Source: a virus
Taxonomy: Duplodnaviria; Caudoviricetes
DNA length: 56,268 bases
IMG/VR virus record: IMGVR_UViG_3300036832_001266
Location: 1-56,268 of that record
Direction: 5' to 3' (one strand)
The notes below the pieces were generated by a model that did not search any database, was not told the DNA's origin, and saw nothing but the letters and a program-made list of their open reading frames with translations. The position numbers were made by a program, and so were the translations under genes. Positions 35,623-43,738 of this stretch are shown here, one piece after another. Each line of letters starts with the position of its first letter. The first letter of the stretch is position 1.

Positions 35623-35940
35623 TCACGGCACCGCTGCGTTGAACACCTTCGCCACCGCCTTCTCCACAATATCAAGCGCCTCGGCGCGGGTGATCCCCGG
35701 GGCCGAGCGCACGATCCCCTCGACCGCCTCGATGACGCTCGGCGGCAGCGAGAGATAGTTGATCTCACCGGTCAACTCGGCGATCTTGGCCTCATAGTGG
35801 AATAGCCGCTGCTGGTCGCCCGCGCGGTCCGCCCGCAGCCGCTCAATCTCGTCAGCAGCTTGGGTATCGAGAAGGATGTCGGGGTTGATGTCCGTGGCAA
35901 CGGCGCGGCGGCGCAGGTGGACAACAATGTCATCGCTCAT
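35623..35940 (-). CDS. Hypothetical protein with AADEIERLR motif
   Basis: N-terminus paralogous to 41669..41917. Confidence 0.7.
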   Translation of the reverse strand: MSDDIVVHLRRRAVATDINPDILLDTQAADEIERLRADRAGDQQRLFHYEAKIAELTGEINYLSLPPSVIEAVEGIVRSAPGITRAEALDIVEKAVAKVFNAAVP

Positions 35941-36087
35941 CGCCGCGTTTCCCGTGAAACCTGCAGCCCAGCCGCCGCTAAGCGCTTGGCATACCGCCGA
36001 CGCGCCTTCTTGGCCGCCGCTACCCGCCGCCGAAGCTCCGCCGCACGCGACCTCTGCACCAACCGCTTGCCCATCGCTTAAGCCCCC

Positions 36088-36282
36088 TCACCAGCCATAC
36101 AAATCACGGTGCCGCTCACGCATCCGCCGCACCAAAAGCCCCAACAAATACTCGTTCACACCCTCCACCACCGCAATATAATCCGCCATCGTCTTGCCGC
36201 CCGCCGCATCCTCAATGCACAACCGGGCCGCCTGCTCCTCTATCGACGGATAAGGCCCCGAACACAAACACCGCATCGCCAT
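36088..36282 (-). CDS. Hypothetical protein (64 aa)
   Basis: GAGGGGG RBS before ATG 36282. Confidence 0.45.
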   Translation of the reverse strand: MAMRCLCSGPYPSIEEQAARLCIEDAAGGKTMADYIAVVEGVNEYLLGLLVRRMRERHRDLYGW

Positions 36283-36649
36283 GGAAATCCCCCTCTGCAA
36301 GCTCTGCAACACCCGCCACTGGACCCGCATCTGCCCAGGTATCACCCCCTCGCACGGCTCACCCCGCGTCGAAACCAAACCCCTTGCCCCCACACATGCC
36401 CCCTCCAAACGCCGCGCTCCGCTGATCCCAGCAAAACCAATCACCCATATCACCCCCATCCGCTACACCATCACTAAAGAAACCGTTACCAAAACTACCC
36501 CCACCCCACCAGAAAAGCCACCCCTTTCCGTAACCCCAGCCGCCCCGCCAAAGAAAAAAATCGGCCGCCCACCCAACCCCAACAAACCCTCCAATGCCGA
36601 AAAACAACGCGCCTACCGCGCCCGTAAAAAAGCCCACCACAGGCCTTGA
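36281..36649 (+). CDS. Basic putative DNA-binding protein
   Basis: CKLC..RH..C N-terminus; GRPP...SNAEKQRAYRARKK motif. Confidence 0.55.
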   Translation: MEIPLCKLCNTRHWTRICPGITPSHGSPRVETKPLAPTHAPSKRRAPLIPAKPITHITPIRYTITKETVTKTTPTPPEKPPLSVTPAAPPKKKIGRPPNPNKPSNAEKQRAYRARKKAHHRP

Positions 36650-37055
36650 TGGCGCAACCTGCTGGTCCGGTAAACGACGTCTGGCTAAACTCGAATGCTA
36701 TAGTTTTGAAGCCATGGAAGAAAGCGCCCCAGCAAAATCCCCAGCAAAATCCTGCCATTAGGTGGTCAGAACGAAAACAAGCCACCCTCACCCCTCTACC
36801 ACCAAACACCCGCAATACCGACAATACCCCCACCCCACATCACCTACCCTCGCACGGTGCCCAAATAACCTACACCGGAGCCACATCAGTATTGTCCATA
36901 ACCCAATCATATCAGTACCTTACCACCCAGGAGCGAAAAAATGCCAGAGGTGTCCAAATTGTACAAAACTGTCCAAACTAAAATCCCAAGCAATTTCAAT
37001 ATGATGGGCGCCAGGAGCGAAAAAAGACGTGGCATTTGGAGGAGGGGCCAAGGGT

Positions 37056-37105
37056 AAAAAAAGTTTTTCTTTCCGCCCCCCCCCCCCCTCGCGGTGGGGT
37101 GCCCC
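37056..37105. other. A/T tracts plus C13 run; candidate packaging/terminus site
   Basis: AAAAAAAGTTTTTCTTTCCG-C13-TCGCGGTGGGG next to the terS candidate, at the edge of a C/A-skewed block. Confidence 0.4.
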
Positions 37106-37214
37106 AGCGTTGAGGCATGGGAGCCGAGGCCTCGATCACCGAATCGCGAATCGCGAATCCGAAAATGCACAATGTGCAGAAACCCCATCCGCCTCCATAC
37201 CTTGATGTTATTGG

Positions 37215-37661
37215 CTAATCCGGCGCATGCTCGATCTTGCCCACATCGGCGCCCATGCCGGCCTTGACCTTGCACCCAGCCGGCAGCGCTCGCTGGTGCC
37301 CGATCACCTTGGCACCAGCGCCCGCGGCGCGCGCGGCCAGCATGCTCTGGATAGCTTCGATCGCAGCCTCGATCTGCTCGTCGCTCATGCTTTTGATGAT
37401 ATTGCTGTGCGTGACGTCCAACTCGCGTGGGACCAGCAAAACCAATAGCTTAAGAAAGACCGCCGGTTGCTGCTTCATCACCTTGTCAATGGCCTTTCGC
37501 CCACCGCGGTTGAACGCAAGATGCATTTCCTTGATCGTGTCGTGGGTTAGCGCACGACGGGCCCGACCGGGGTCACCACCTGGCCAGCCTGACGACCCCT
37601 TAACGTACTGGCCTTTAGTGTTACGGATTGGGTTTGGGTTAGGTGCTGGCTGGGAGGGCAT
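37215..37661 (-). CDS. Terminase small subunit candidate (DUF5681-like N-terminus)
   Basis: RNTKGQYVKGSSGWPGG...QPAVFLKLLVLLVPRELDV; upstream of terL. Confidence 0.6.
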   Translation of the reverse strand: MPSQPAPNPNPIRNTKGQYVKGSSGWPGGDPGRARRALTHDTIKEMHLAFNRGGRKAIDKVMKQQPAVFLKLLVLLVPRELDVTHSNIIKSMSDEQIEAAIEAIQSMLAARAAGAGAKVIGHQRALPAGCKVKAGMGADVGKIEHAPD

Positions 37662-37727
37662 GGGGTGGAGGCTATAGGCTTAATCAGGTAGGGATGGAGG
37701 GTTATTAGGTCGCGGCCTTCTCAGAGG

Positions 37728-38144
37728 TCACCGCTGAGGCATTACGCGGCCTTCTGCGGCTAGCGGTATGTCATGTGCTGGAACGTAGGGTGGGCTGAGC
37801 GCATTGGAGGTGCTGGGCATCCATTTAGCATCACCGCTGTAGGTTGCCGTCACCGCGGCGGTGGGCATAGCGGCCACGGTCATGGTGCCGTCGACGGTCA
37901 CGGTGGCAATGACCTTTGTGCCATCCTTGAAGGTGATCGTACCGGTGGGTGCCGGGCCGCCGCCTTGTTCGGCTTCGACCGTGGCAGCGAACACCACTTG
38001 ATTGGCAGCGACGTCGTTGGTCGCCGCGAGCGTCGTTATGCTCGGCTTTGGCTTGGGAGCTCGGACGGTTGTTGCCATGGCTTTTGCTTTCGGTTTCGCT
38101 TTCGGTTTTGCTCTCGCTGCCGGTTTTGCTCTGCTTGCCGGCAT
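37728..38144 (-). CDS. Ig-like (Big_3-type) domain protein with Lys/Ala/Pro-rich N-tail
   Basis: PTGTITFKDG...TATYSGD...STS; GAGGAG RBS. Confidence 0.75.
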   Translation of the reverse strand: MPASRAKPAARAKPKAKPKAKAMATTVRAPKPKPSITTLAATNDVAANQVVFAATVEAEQGGGPAPTGTITFKDGTKVIATVTVDGTMTVAAMPTAAVTATYSGDAKWMPSTSNALSPPYVPAHDIPLAAEGRVMPQR

Positions 38145-38213
38145 TGGTCTTGCTCCTCGATCATGGTGATGAGCTCTTTGCAGGTCGCGCGGCGCGATCG
38201 GGACCTGGCATGG

Positions 38214-38495
38214 TCACGGCGATTGTCCTCTAACCTCGGCACGCAGCGCAAGGATGTGCCGCTCCCACTCATGCATTTCGCCGCGCTGTTCGCGCTCACG
38301 CTCGATCTCCGCTCGGAGTTCCTCACCTATACGCCGGCCGGCCTTGCGTGCCCATGCGAGCGTTTCGTCTCTGGTCCTGAGCGCGCGCCAGCGCGGGCAC
38401 ACGAACACGCGAGCAGCTCCATCGGGACCGCGGCCGCAAACGTCGCAGACGATCGATGGTCCGGTGATAACTCGTCCGTGCCAGTGCGCCATCAC
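38214..38495 (-). CDS. Hypothetical protein
   Basis: 93 aa, CDVC motif, GTGA coupling. Confidence 0.5.
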   Translation of the reverse strand: MMAHWHGRVITGPSIVCDVCGRGPDGAARVFVCPRWRALRTRDETLAWARKAGRRIGEELRAEIEREREQRGEMHEWERHILALRAEVRGQSP

Positions 38496-38707
38496 TTCGC
38501 CCCGTAACGCGCCTTCAACTCCGGCGTCACCTCAACCTTACGCACCTCACTTGCTGGACCTTGAGAGCCGTCGCGGCGCTCAATTGCTTTAGCAACCTCG
38601 ACTGATGCGTCGACCAAGTAGCGACCCATACGGCGCTGAAACTTGTTGCTGGATCGCACCTTTCCTAAACCAGTTTTGAGCCATGATCCCCCTGTCGAAA
38701 GCCCCAT
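38492..38707 (-). CDS. Hypothetical protein
   Basis: 71 aa, GGAG RBS. Confidence 0.5.
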   Translation of the reverse strand: MGLSTGGSWLKTGLGKVRSSNKFQRRMGRYLVDASVEVAKAIERRDGSQGPASEVRKVEVTPELKARYGAK

Positions 38708-39096
38708 CGCGTTTCTCCATAGGCTGCGCTCCTTCGCTAGGGGAGGGAGGCCACTTGCTTGCCTTCCTGCTCTCTCTCCTATCTATTGGAACCGGACATT
38801 GCGTTCGCAATTCCAAACAAGCGAGAGTAGAAACCCTAGGGAGAACTTCGCCGTACTCGCTCGGGTGTCCGTTGAGGGGGCGTCCTTTTCGGCACGCTGT
38901 GGTGGACCGTTCCACAAGTACGACGTTGGCTCGTCGCGTTATCCCAATCCAGCCCGAGCTATCGCTAGACCCATCTCCATCGGCTAGCGGGGGCGAAGGA
39001 CCCTTGCGGGCAGGAAACCCCCGGCGTGGTGTTGCGCGTCAGTGCTAGATGGGATAAGGAAGGGTCGCTGTCCCAAACGGCAAATCCAATCTAGCC

Positions 39097-39133
39097 AGGC
39101 CCCGTAGCGCAAGCTCTGGGGCCTTCATTTGTT
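39097..39133 (+). terminator. Intrinsic terminator-like hairpin
   Basis: AGGCCCCG-TAGC-GCAA-GCTC-TGGGGCCT followed by TCATTTGTT. Confidence 0.5.
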
Positions 39134-39315
39134 GTGGGCGCTCAATAGCTTATTACGAAAAGCTGGTAACCCGCACAACTTCATCATGCCAGCACTGCGC
39201 GCTGATTCGCTCAAGTAAATTCCGCAGATATCTCCGATATTATCCGTGATGTCCCCGATATCCCCACAATCCACAAATCGCAGTTTGTTCCCGGAATGGT
39301 TGCTAAGGGCAACTA

Positions 39316-39705
39316 TCAGACGTCGTAACCAGCGATGAGCGCTTCTGCCAAATCACGTTCCCGCATTTCTTTCAGAACACGTCGCAGCGCTTTGCCACTC
39401 TGCTGTGAATTTTCCCGCTGCGTCTTCGGCTGCAAGTGAGCCGGGTTCACGCAAAGCGTGTTGAAGCAAAGATGATCGAGCGTGTGACCTGACTCGATTC
39501 CCCCCACTAACAGTTCATAAACGACACGGTGCGCGAGATAGGTGCCAGATGGCGATGCCGTGGTCGTGCGGCCATAGCTCCCACTGACAGGGCCGCGCCA
39601 ATGCCAGCATCCATCCTCGTTGGATTTATCAATCCAAGCCAGAACACGATCGTACCACGCATCCCAATCCCTTGCCTTAACACGTCTGTAAGCCATTGTA
39701 TTCAC
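39316..39705 (-). CDS. HNH endonuclease (HNH_3-like)
   Basis: CWHWRG, AHRVVY, LDHLCFNTLCVNPAHL...REN. Confidence 0.9.
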   Translation of the reverse strand: MNTMAYRRVKARDWDAWYDRVLAWIDKSNEDGCWHWRGPVSGSYGRTTTASPSGTYLAHRVVYELLVGGIESGHTLDHLCFNTLCVNPAHLQPKTQRENSQQSGKALRRVLKEMRERDLAEALIAGYDV

Positions 39706-39724
39706 TTGCCTTAATTATTTAATA

Positions 39725-39761
39725 CTGACATATTGACATGATGTCAGAGTGAGAATATAAG
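39725..39761 (+). promoter_or_regulatory. Sigma70-type early promoter with overlapping inverted-repeat operator
   Basis: TTGACA (39733) - 17 bp - TATAAG (39756); CTGACAT...ATGTCAG (39725-39747) straddles the -35. Confidence 0.75.
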
Positions 39762-39803
39762 GCAAAACATCAGGTAAGGCAACCCAAGCAAAGGGAGACC
39801 AAC

Positions 39804-39983
39804 ATGCGCAAAATGACAAAGCCCGAACGGATGGTGTGGAACCGCACGCATCCCGATTATCGCTGCCGCGTCGGCGGCGTGCCCTACGTGCTGGAACTGA
39901 ACTTGGATAACGGCGCCACCGAGCTGGTGCCGTTGGCATCGTCACGCAAGCTGAAACAGCTGCAGGGCGAAACCGCGCGCTAA
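39804..39983 (+). CDS. First early gene, hypothetical (59 aa)
   Basis: GGGAG RBS; MRKMTKPERMVWNRTHPDYR...; stop lies in the ribozyme stem III loop. Confidence 0.6.
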   Translation: MRKMTKPERMVWNRTHPDYRCRVGGVPYVLELNLDNGATELVPLASSRKLKQLQGETAR

Positions 39984-40019
39984 TGCGCGGTCGTGCCGTG
40001 AGCGGCACCTGATGAGCCC
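39965..40019 (+). ncRNA. Type II hammerhead ribozyme
   Basis: GGGC-GAAA-CCGCGC(gctaat)GCGCGG-TC^-GTGCCG(tgag)CGGCAC-CTGATGA-GCCC: all core nucleotides and three perfect stems. Confidence 0.92.
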
Positions 40020-40036
40020 AAACACAGGAGACCAAG

Positions 40037-40252
40037 ATGTCCAACCCAAAACTTTCGCTCGATGTCGCGAGCCCGATCGAAGTGGCCCGCGTGCTGCGCC
40101 AGGCCGCTGACACGTTCGGCAGCGATGCGCTCGGCCTCGAAGCCTCATGGCAGGAGGTAGGTCCAGGTCGCGTGTGGATGCGCATCGCTCGTGAGCTGGA
40201 TCGTGCCGCGATGCGCTGCGAGCAGATCACGAACCAGGAGGGCTGGCGATGA
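40037..40252 (+). CDS. Early hypothetical protein
   Basis: AGGAG RBS. Confidence 0.7.
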   Translation: MSNPKLSLDVASPIEVARVLRQAADTFGSDALGLEASWQEVGPGRVWMRIARELDRAAMRCEQITNQEGWR

Positions 40253-40440
40253 GCGATCTGATTGTGAACAACCACGGCTCCATCTTCCTGCTCTCGCCGG
40301 TCACCGAGGCCGGCGAGGCCTGGATCGATGAGCACATCCCCCAAGACGCAATGACTTGGGGCGGCGCCGTCGTTGTCGAACACCGCTACATCGAGGCCAT
40401 CGTGGCCAGTGCGCTCGCCGATGGGCTAGAGGTGAAGTGA
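40249..40440 (+). CDS. Early hypothetical protein
   Basis: NHGSIFLL...VVVEHRYI...DGL; ATGA coupling. Confidence 0.75.
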   Translation: MSDLIVNNHGSIFLLSPVTEAGEAWIDEHIPQDAMTWGGAVVVEHRYIEAIVASALADGLEVK

Positions 40441-40625
40441 TGCGCGGTCTTTTTATCAGCTCACCCACCGGCGGCCGCATCTACGTGGCCGAGCGCTCGC
40501 GCAAAGGCAGCAGCAAACTGTTGTGGTCCGTCATGCCCGCGCACGACGGGCCCGACGTTCGTATCGAAGCCGGTAACGTACCCTACCGCATCCGCCGGCA
40601 GGGATACAGACATCTAGGAGACTGA
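40440..40625 (+). CDS. Early hypothetical protein
   Basis: TGATG coupling, GAGG RBS. Confidence 0.55.
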   Translation: MRGLFISSPTGGRIYVAERSRKGSSKLLWSVMPAHDGPDVRIEAGNVPYRIRRQGYRHLGD

Positions 40626-40700
40626 CGTGGTTAAGCCGTTCACACTGGTCAACTACAATCCAGCCGACATCTTCAACGACGACATCCCGAGCTGAGGAGG

Positions 40701-40736
40701 GACACGCTGTCGTTGCCATGGTGACGACAGCGTGTC
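40701..40736 (+). promoter_or_regulatory. Long hairpin between an SD and the next start
   Basis: GACACGCTGTCGT/ACGACAGCGTGTC 13-bp perfect stem. Confidence 0.6.
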
Positions 40737-40746
40737 ATGATAGCGA

Positions 40747-41031
40747 ATGGCTACGAAAGCAACAGCGAGCATCTCGCGGCAGATCAGCCAGGCCGAGCGC
40801 GACCTGCAGAAATATGCGGCCGGCAAAGCCTACAAGCTCATGCAAGATGTCGCGCAATTTGCCGATATCGCCGAGCTAACGACAGGCGCCGCTTCGTCTT
40901 GCCTCGGCTCGACGTTTCTGCGGTTGGCTGCAACCATCGCAGTCAATTCCAATGTTTCCAGAGATTGGTGGCTGCAAACGTGCGCTGCGACTTATGACTG
41001 CTGCGACGAGGTCAAGGAAAAAGTGGGATGA
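40747..41031 (+). CDS. Hypothetical protein
   Basis: 94 aa, ATGA-coupled to the HTH gene. Confidence 0.65.
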   Translation: MATKATASISRQISQAERDLQKYAAGKAYKLMQDVAQFADIAELTTGAASSCLGSTFLRLAATIAVNSNVSRDWWLQTCAATYDCCDEVKEKVG

Positions 41032-41279
41032 CGCCTTCTCAATACCGCGCCGCGCGCACCGAGCTGGGCTGGAGCCACGCCAAGACCGCTCAGGTGCTCG
41101 GCGTGCATGAGCGCACGATATTTCGCTACCAAGCCGGCCAGACGGAAATCCCGGAGCCCGCAGCGCGCTTGCTGCGTCTGCTGGTCCGTCTGCACCTGAC
41201 TATTCCCGCCTACAAGTTCAATGACATCGTCGAGGAGCTGGACCATGGCCACAAGTATCAACCTGCTCGCCGAGCTTGA
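41028..41279 (+). CDS. XRE-like helix-turn-helix protein
   Basis: MTPSQYRAARTELGWSHAKTAQVLGVHERTIFRYQAG...IP. Confidence 0.85.
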   Translation: MTPSQYRAARTELGWSHAKTAQVLGVHERTIFRYQAGQTEIPEPAARLLRLLVRLHLTIPAYKFNDIVEELDHGHKYQPARRA

Positions 41280-41406
41280 GCGCATCGCCAGCGAGATCGA
41301 CCACACCGCTTCCGATCTGCAGTTGCTGCGCCGGCAGGTTTTCAGCTTGGTCATGGCGCTCAAGAAGGCCGAAGGCATCGGCCGCATGCTGGGCGACATC
41401 CCATGA
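41245..41406 (+). CDS. Hypothetical protein
   Basis: GAGGAG RBS, coupled. Confidence 0.55.
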   Translation: MATSINLLAELERIASEIDHTASDLQLLRRQVFSLVMALKKAEGIGRMLGDIP

Positions 41407-41672
41407 CCGCCGTCATGAAATGCGCGGGCATCGCTGGACCGTTTCACTGCGCCGACGTCGGTCGCTATCTCAAGTGGTGTGACTTCGAAGCTCTCAACGG
41501 CCGCGGTCTTGCGCTCTTCACCGACGATGTCGACAAGGCGATGAAGTTCACGAGCAAGTTCGAGGCCCTGGTGTTCTGGCGCACACAATCGAAGACCATG
41601 CCATATCGATTTGATGGCAAGCCCAATCGACCGCTCACCGCCTACCACATGGAGGTCACGGACGTACCATGA
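41403..41672 (+). CDS. Hypothetical protein
   Basis: DGKPNRPLTAY motif; coupled. Confidence 0.7.
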   Translation: MTAVMKCAGIAGPFHCADVGRYLKWCDFEALNGRGLALFTDDVDKAMKFTSKFEALVFWRTQSKTMPYRFDGKPNRPLTAYHMEVTDVP

Positions 41673-41917
41673 GCGACATCGTTTTCCATCTGCGCCGCCG
41701 GGCTGCCATTTGGGACAACCATCCCGGCCGCCGAGACGGAAGGCACAGTACTCTCGATACCCAAGCCGCCGACGAGATCGAGCGGCTACTGGCTGAGATC
41801 AAGCAGCTCCGCGCAGAACGCGCCCTGCTCTGTCCCCACGGGGTCGACATTTCCCGCTTCGACTGCCCATCCTGCGCATCTCGCGCACTCGATCACCGGC
41901 ATCGCACACATGACTGA
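41669..41917 (+). CDS. Hypothetical protein with AADEIERL motif and Cys cluster
   Basis: GGAGG RBS; paralogue of 35623..35940. Confidence 0.7.
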   Translation: MSDIVFHLRRRAAIWDNHPGRRDGRHSTLDTQAADEIERLLAEIKQLRAERALLCPHGVDISRFDCPSCASRALDHRHRTHD

Positions 41918-43457
41918 GCTTCGCCCCTATCAGGAAGAGGCTCTGGAGGCCATTAGAGAGACCGTGGGGCAGGGGGTGAAGCGCTTGGTAGTCCAAGCCC
42001 CGACCGGCTCCGGAAAAACGCTCCTGGCGGCCGCCATGGTCGAGGGCGCCCGCCGCAAGGGCAACCGACTGGTGTTCGTGGTCCCGGCACTGATGCTGAT
42101 CGACCAGACCGTCGAGATGTTCCACGCCGAGGGCATCCGCGACATCGGCGTCATCCAAGCTAACCACGTCATGACGGACTGGTCGAGGCCTGTGCAAGTG
42201 GCGTCGATCCAGACCATCCGAGCGCGTGGGGCCTACCCCGAGGCCAAGCTCGTAGTGGTCGATGAATGCCACCAGCTGCATCAGCAGCACGCCAAATGGA
42301 TGGGGCATTTCGACAAGGAGACTGGCCTGCTCGTGAACTGCGCTGAAGGCTGGGAAAATGTGCCGTTCATCGGATTGTCGGCAACGCCCTGGACCAAAGG
42401 TTTAGGACGCTATTTTGAGAGCCTGCTGGTGATGAGCACTACGGCCGATCTGATCGAGCTGGGCTTCTTATCCAAGTTCAAGGTGTATGCCGCTGACCAC
42501 CCAGACTTGTCTTCGGTCAAGACCGTGGCTGGCGACTACCACGAGGGACAACTGTCTGCGGTTATGCAGGAGAGCCCGTTAGTGGCCAACGTGGTCGAGA
42601 CCTGGCGCAAGTTATGGAACAAGGACAAAACGCTGCTGTTCGCCGTCGATTGCGCGCATGCGCAAACGCTCCGCGATCGTTTCGTCGAGGCTGGCATCGC
42701 CTGTGGCTATCAGGACGCCAACACGCCAAGCAGCGAGCGCGCCGCGCTCAAACGCGCGTTCCACAATGGCGAGCTTAAGGTGATTGCAAACATCGGCACG
42801 CTGACCACCGGCGTCGACTGGGATGTACGTTGCCTGCAACTCGCGCGACCGACCAAATCCGAAATGCTGTTCGTGCAGATCATCGGCCGATGTTTGCGTA
42901 CCGCGGAAGGAAAAGAACATGCGCTGATCCTCGATCACACTGACACGACAGAGCGCCTAGGCTTTGTCACAAACATTCACCACGAGCACCTTGATGGTGG
43001 TCGCCTCGACAAGAACCAGCCAACCAAGCGCGGGCCGCCGCTGCCAAAACCTTGCCCGCAATGTGCGTACCTGATCCCGGTCGGGTGCAAGATTTGTCCC
43101 GAATGCGGATTCGAACGCAAGGTGGTGTCCGGCATCTTTGAACGCGAGGGTGAACTAGAAGAGCTTAGCTTCGATGGGCGTCCAAAGAAGATGCGCAACG
43201 GTGCGCTGTTTCCTTATACCAATGCGGAGAAGCGCGCGTTCTATCTCCAGCTCAAGGCCTACGCCCTGACCAAGCCGCACTACAAGCCGGCGTGGCCGGA
43301 CGCAACCTTCCGCGACAAGTTCAAGGAATGGCCACGATGGACATGGAAGCAACTTCCGCCCGCGCCCATGGTCGGTATCGAAGTGCATCAATTCATCCGC
43401 GCTAAGTTCATCGCCTGGGCAAACGATCCGCGCAACCCGAACCGCAAGCAAGCATGA
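41910..43457 (+). CDS. SF2 DExH helicase with C-terminal Zn finger (RadD/YejH-like)
   Basis: LRPYQ, APTGSGKT, DECH, SAT, QIIGRCLR, CPQC..CPEC. Confidence 0.93.
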   Translation: MTELRPYQEEALEAIRETVGQGVKRLVVQAPTGSGKTLLAAAMVEGARRKGNRLVFVVPALMLIDQTVEMFHAEGIRDIGVIQANHVMTDWSRPVQVASIQTIRARGAYPEAKLVVVDECHQLHQQHAKWMGHFDKETGLLVNCAEGWENVPFIGLSATPWTKGLGRYFESLLVMSTTADLIELGFLSKFKVYAADHPDLSSVKTVAGDYHEGQLSAVMQESPLVANVVETWRKLWNKDKTLLFAVDCAHAQTLRDRFVEAGIACGYQDANTPSSERAALKRAFHNGELKVIANIGTLTTGVDWDVRCLQLARPTKSEMLFVQIIGRCLRTAEGKEHALILDHTDTTERLGFVTNIHHEHLDGGRLDKNQPTKRGPPLPKPCPQCAYLIPVGCKICPECGFERKVVSGIFEREGELEELSFDGRPKKMRNGALFPYTNAEKRAFYLQLKAYALTKPHYKPAWPDATFRDKFKEWPRWTWKQLPPAPMVGIEVHQFIRAKFIAWANDPRNPNRKQA

Positions 43458-43738
43458 TGCGGACATCCGACGCCCACTATGTGGTCAAGCTCCTCCAGAT
43501 GGAGGGCTTTAGCGAAACCGAAGCTATGCAGCTGTTCGGGCTGCGCGATCTGTGCGGCTGCGCCTGCTGGGACTGCGTGATCGCGCTCAATAAGGCGGTG
43601 AGGAGACACTTCAATGAAAGACAAAAAACAACCGTTGCTGCTGGACCTCGCGTTGCGCGAGAGCCTAAGAAAGGCACGACCGTGGAGGCCACAAAGCGTC
43701 GCCCGCTCAACTACGCAGTTGTTACTAAACGCACGTAG
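43454..43738 (+). CDS. Hypothetical protein
   Basis: ATGA coupling; long overlap with the next gene. Confidence 0.4.
   Translation: MMRTSDAHYVVKLLQMEGFSETEAMQLFGLRDLCGCACWDCVIALNKAVRRHFNERQKTTVAAGPRVAREPKKGTTVEATKRRPLNYAVVTKRT

Noticed and set aside
39226-39270. GATATCTCC/GATGTCCCC/GATATCCCC as origin iterons
   Set aside because: Short, degenerate and with no adjacent initiator gene
40692-40745. Second hammerhead (CTGAGGA followed by a hairpin)
   Set aside because: No GAAA directly after the stem and no stems I/III
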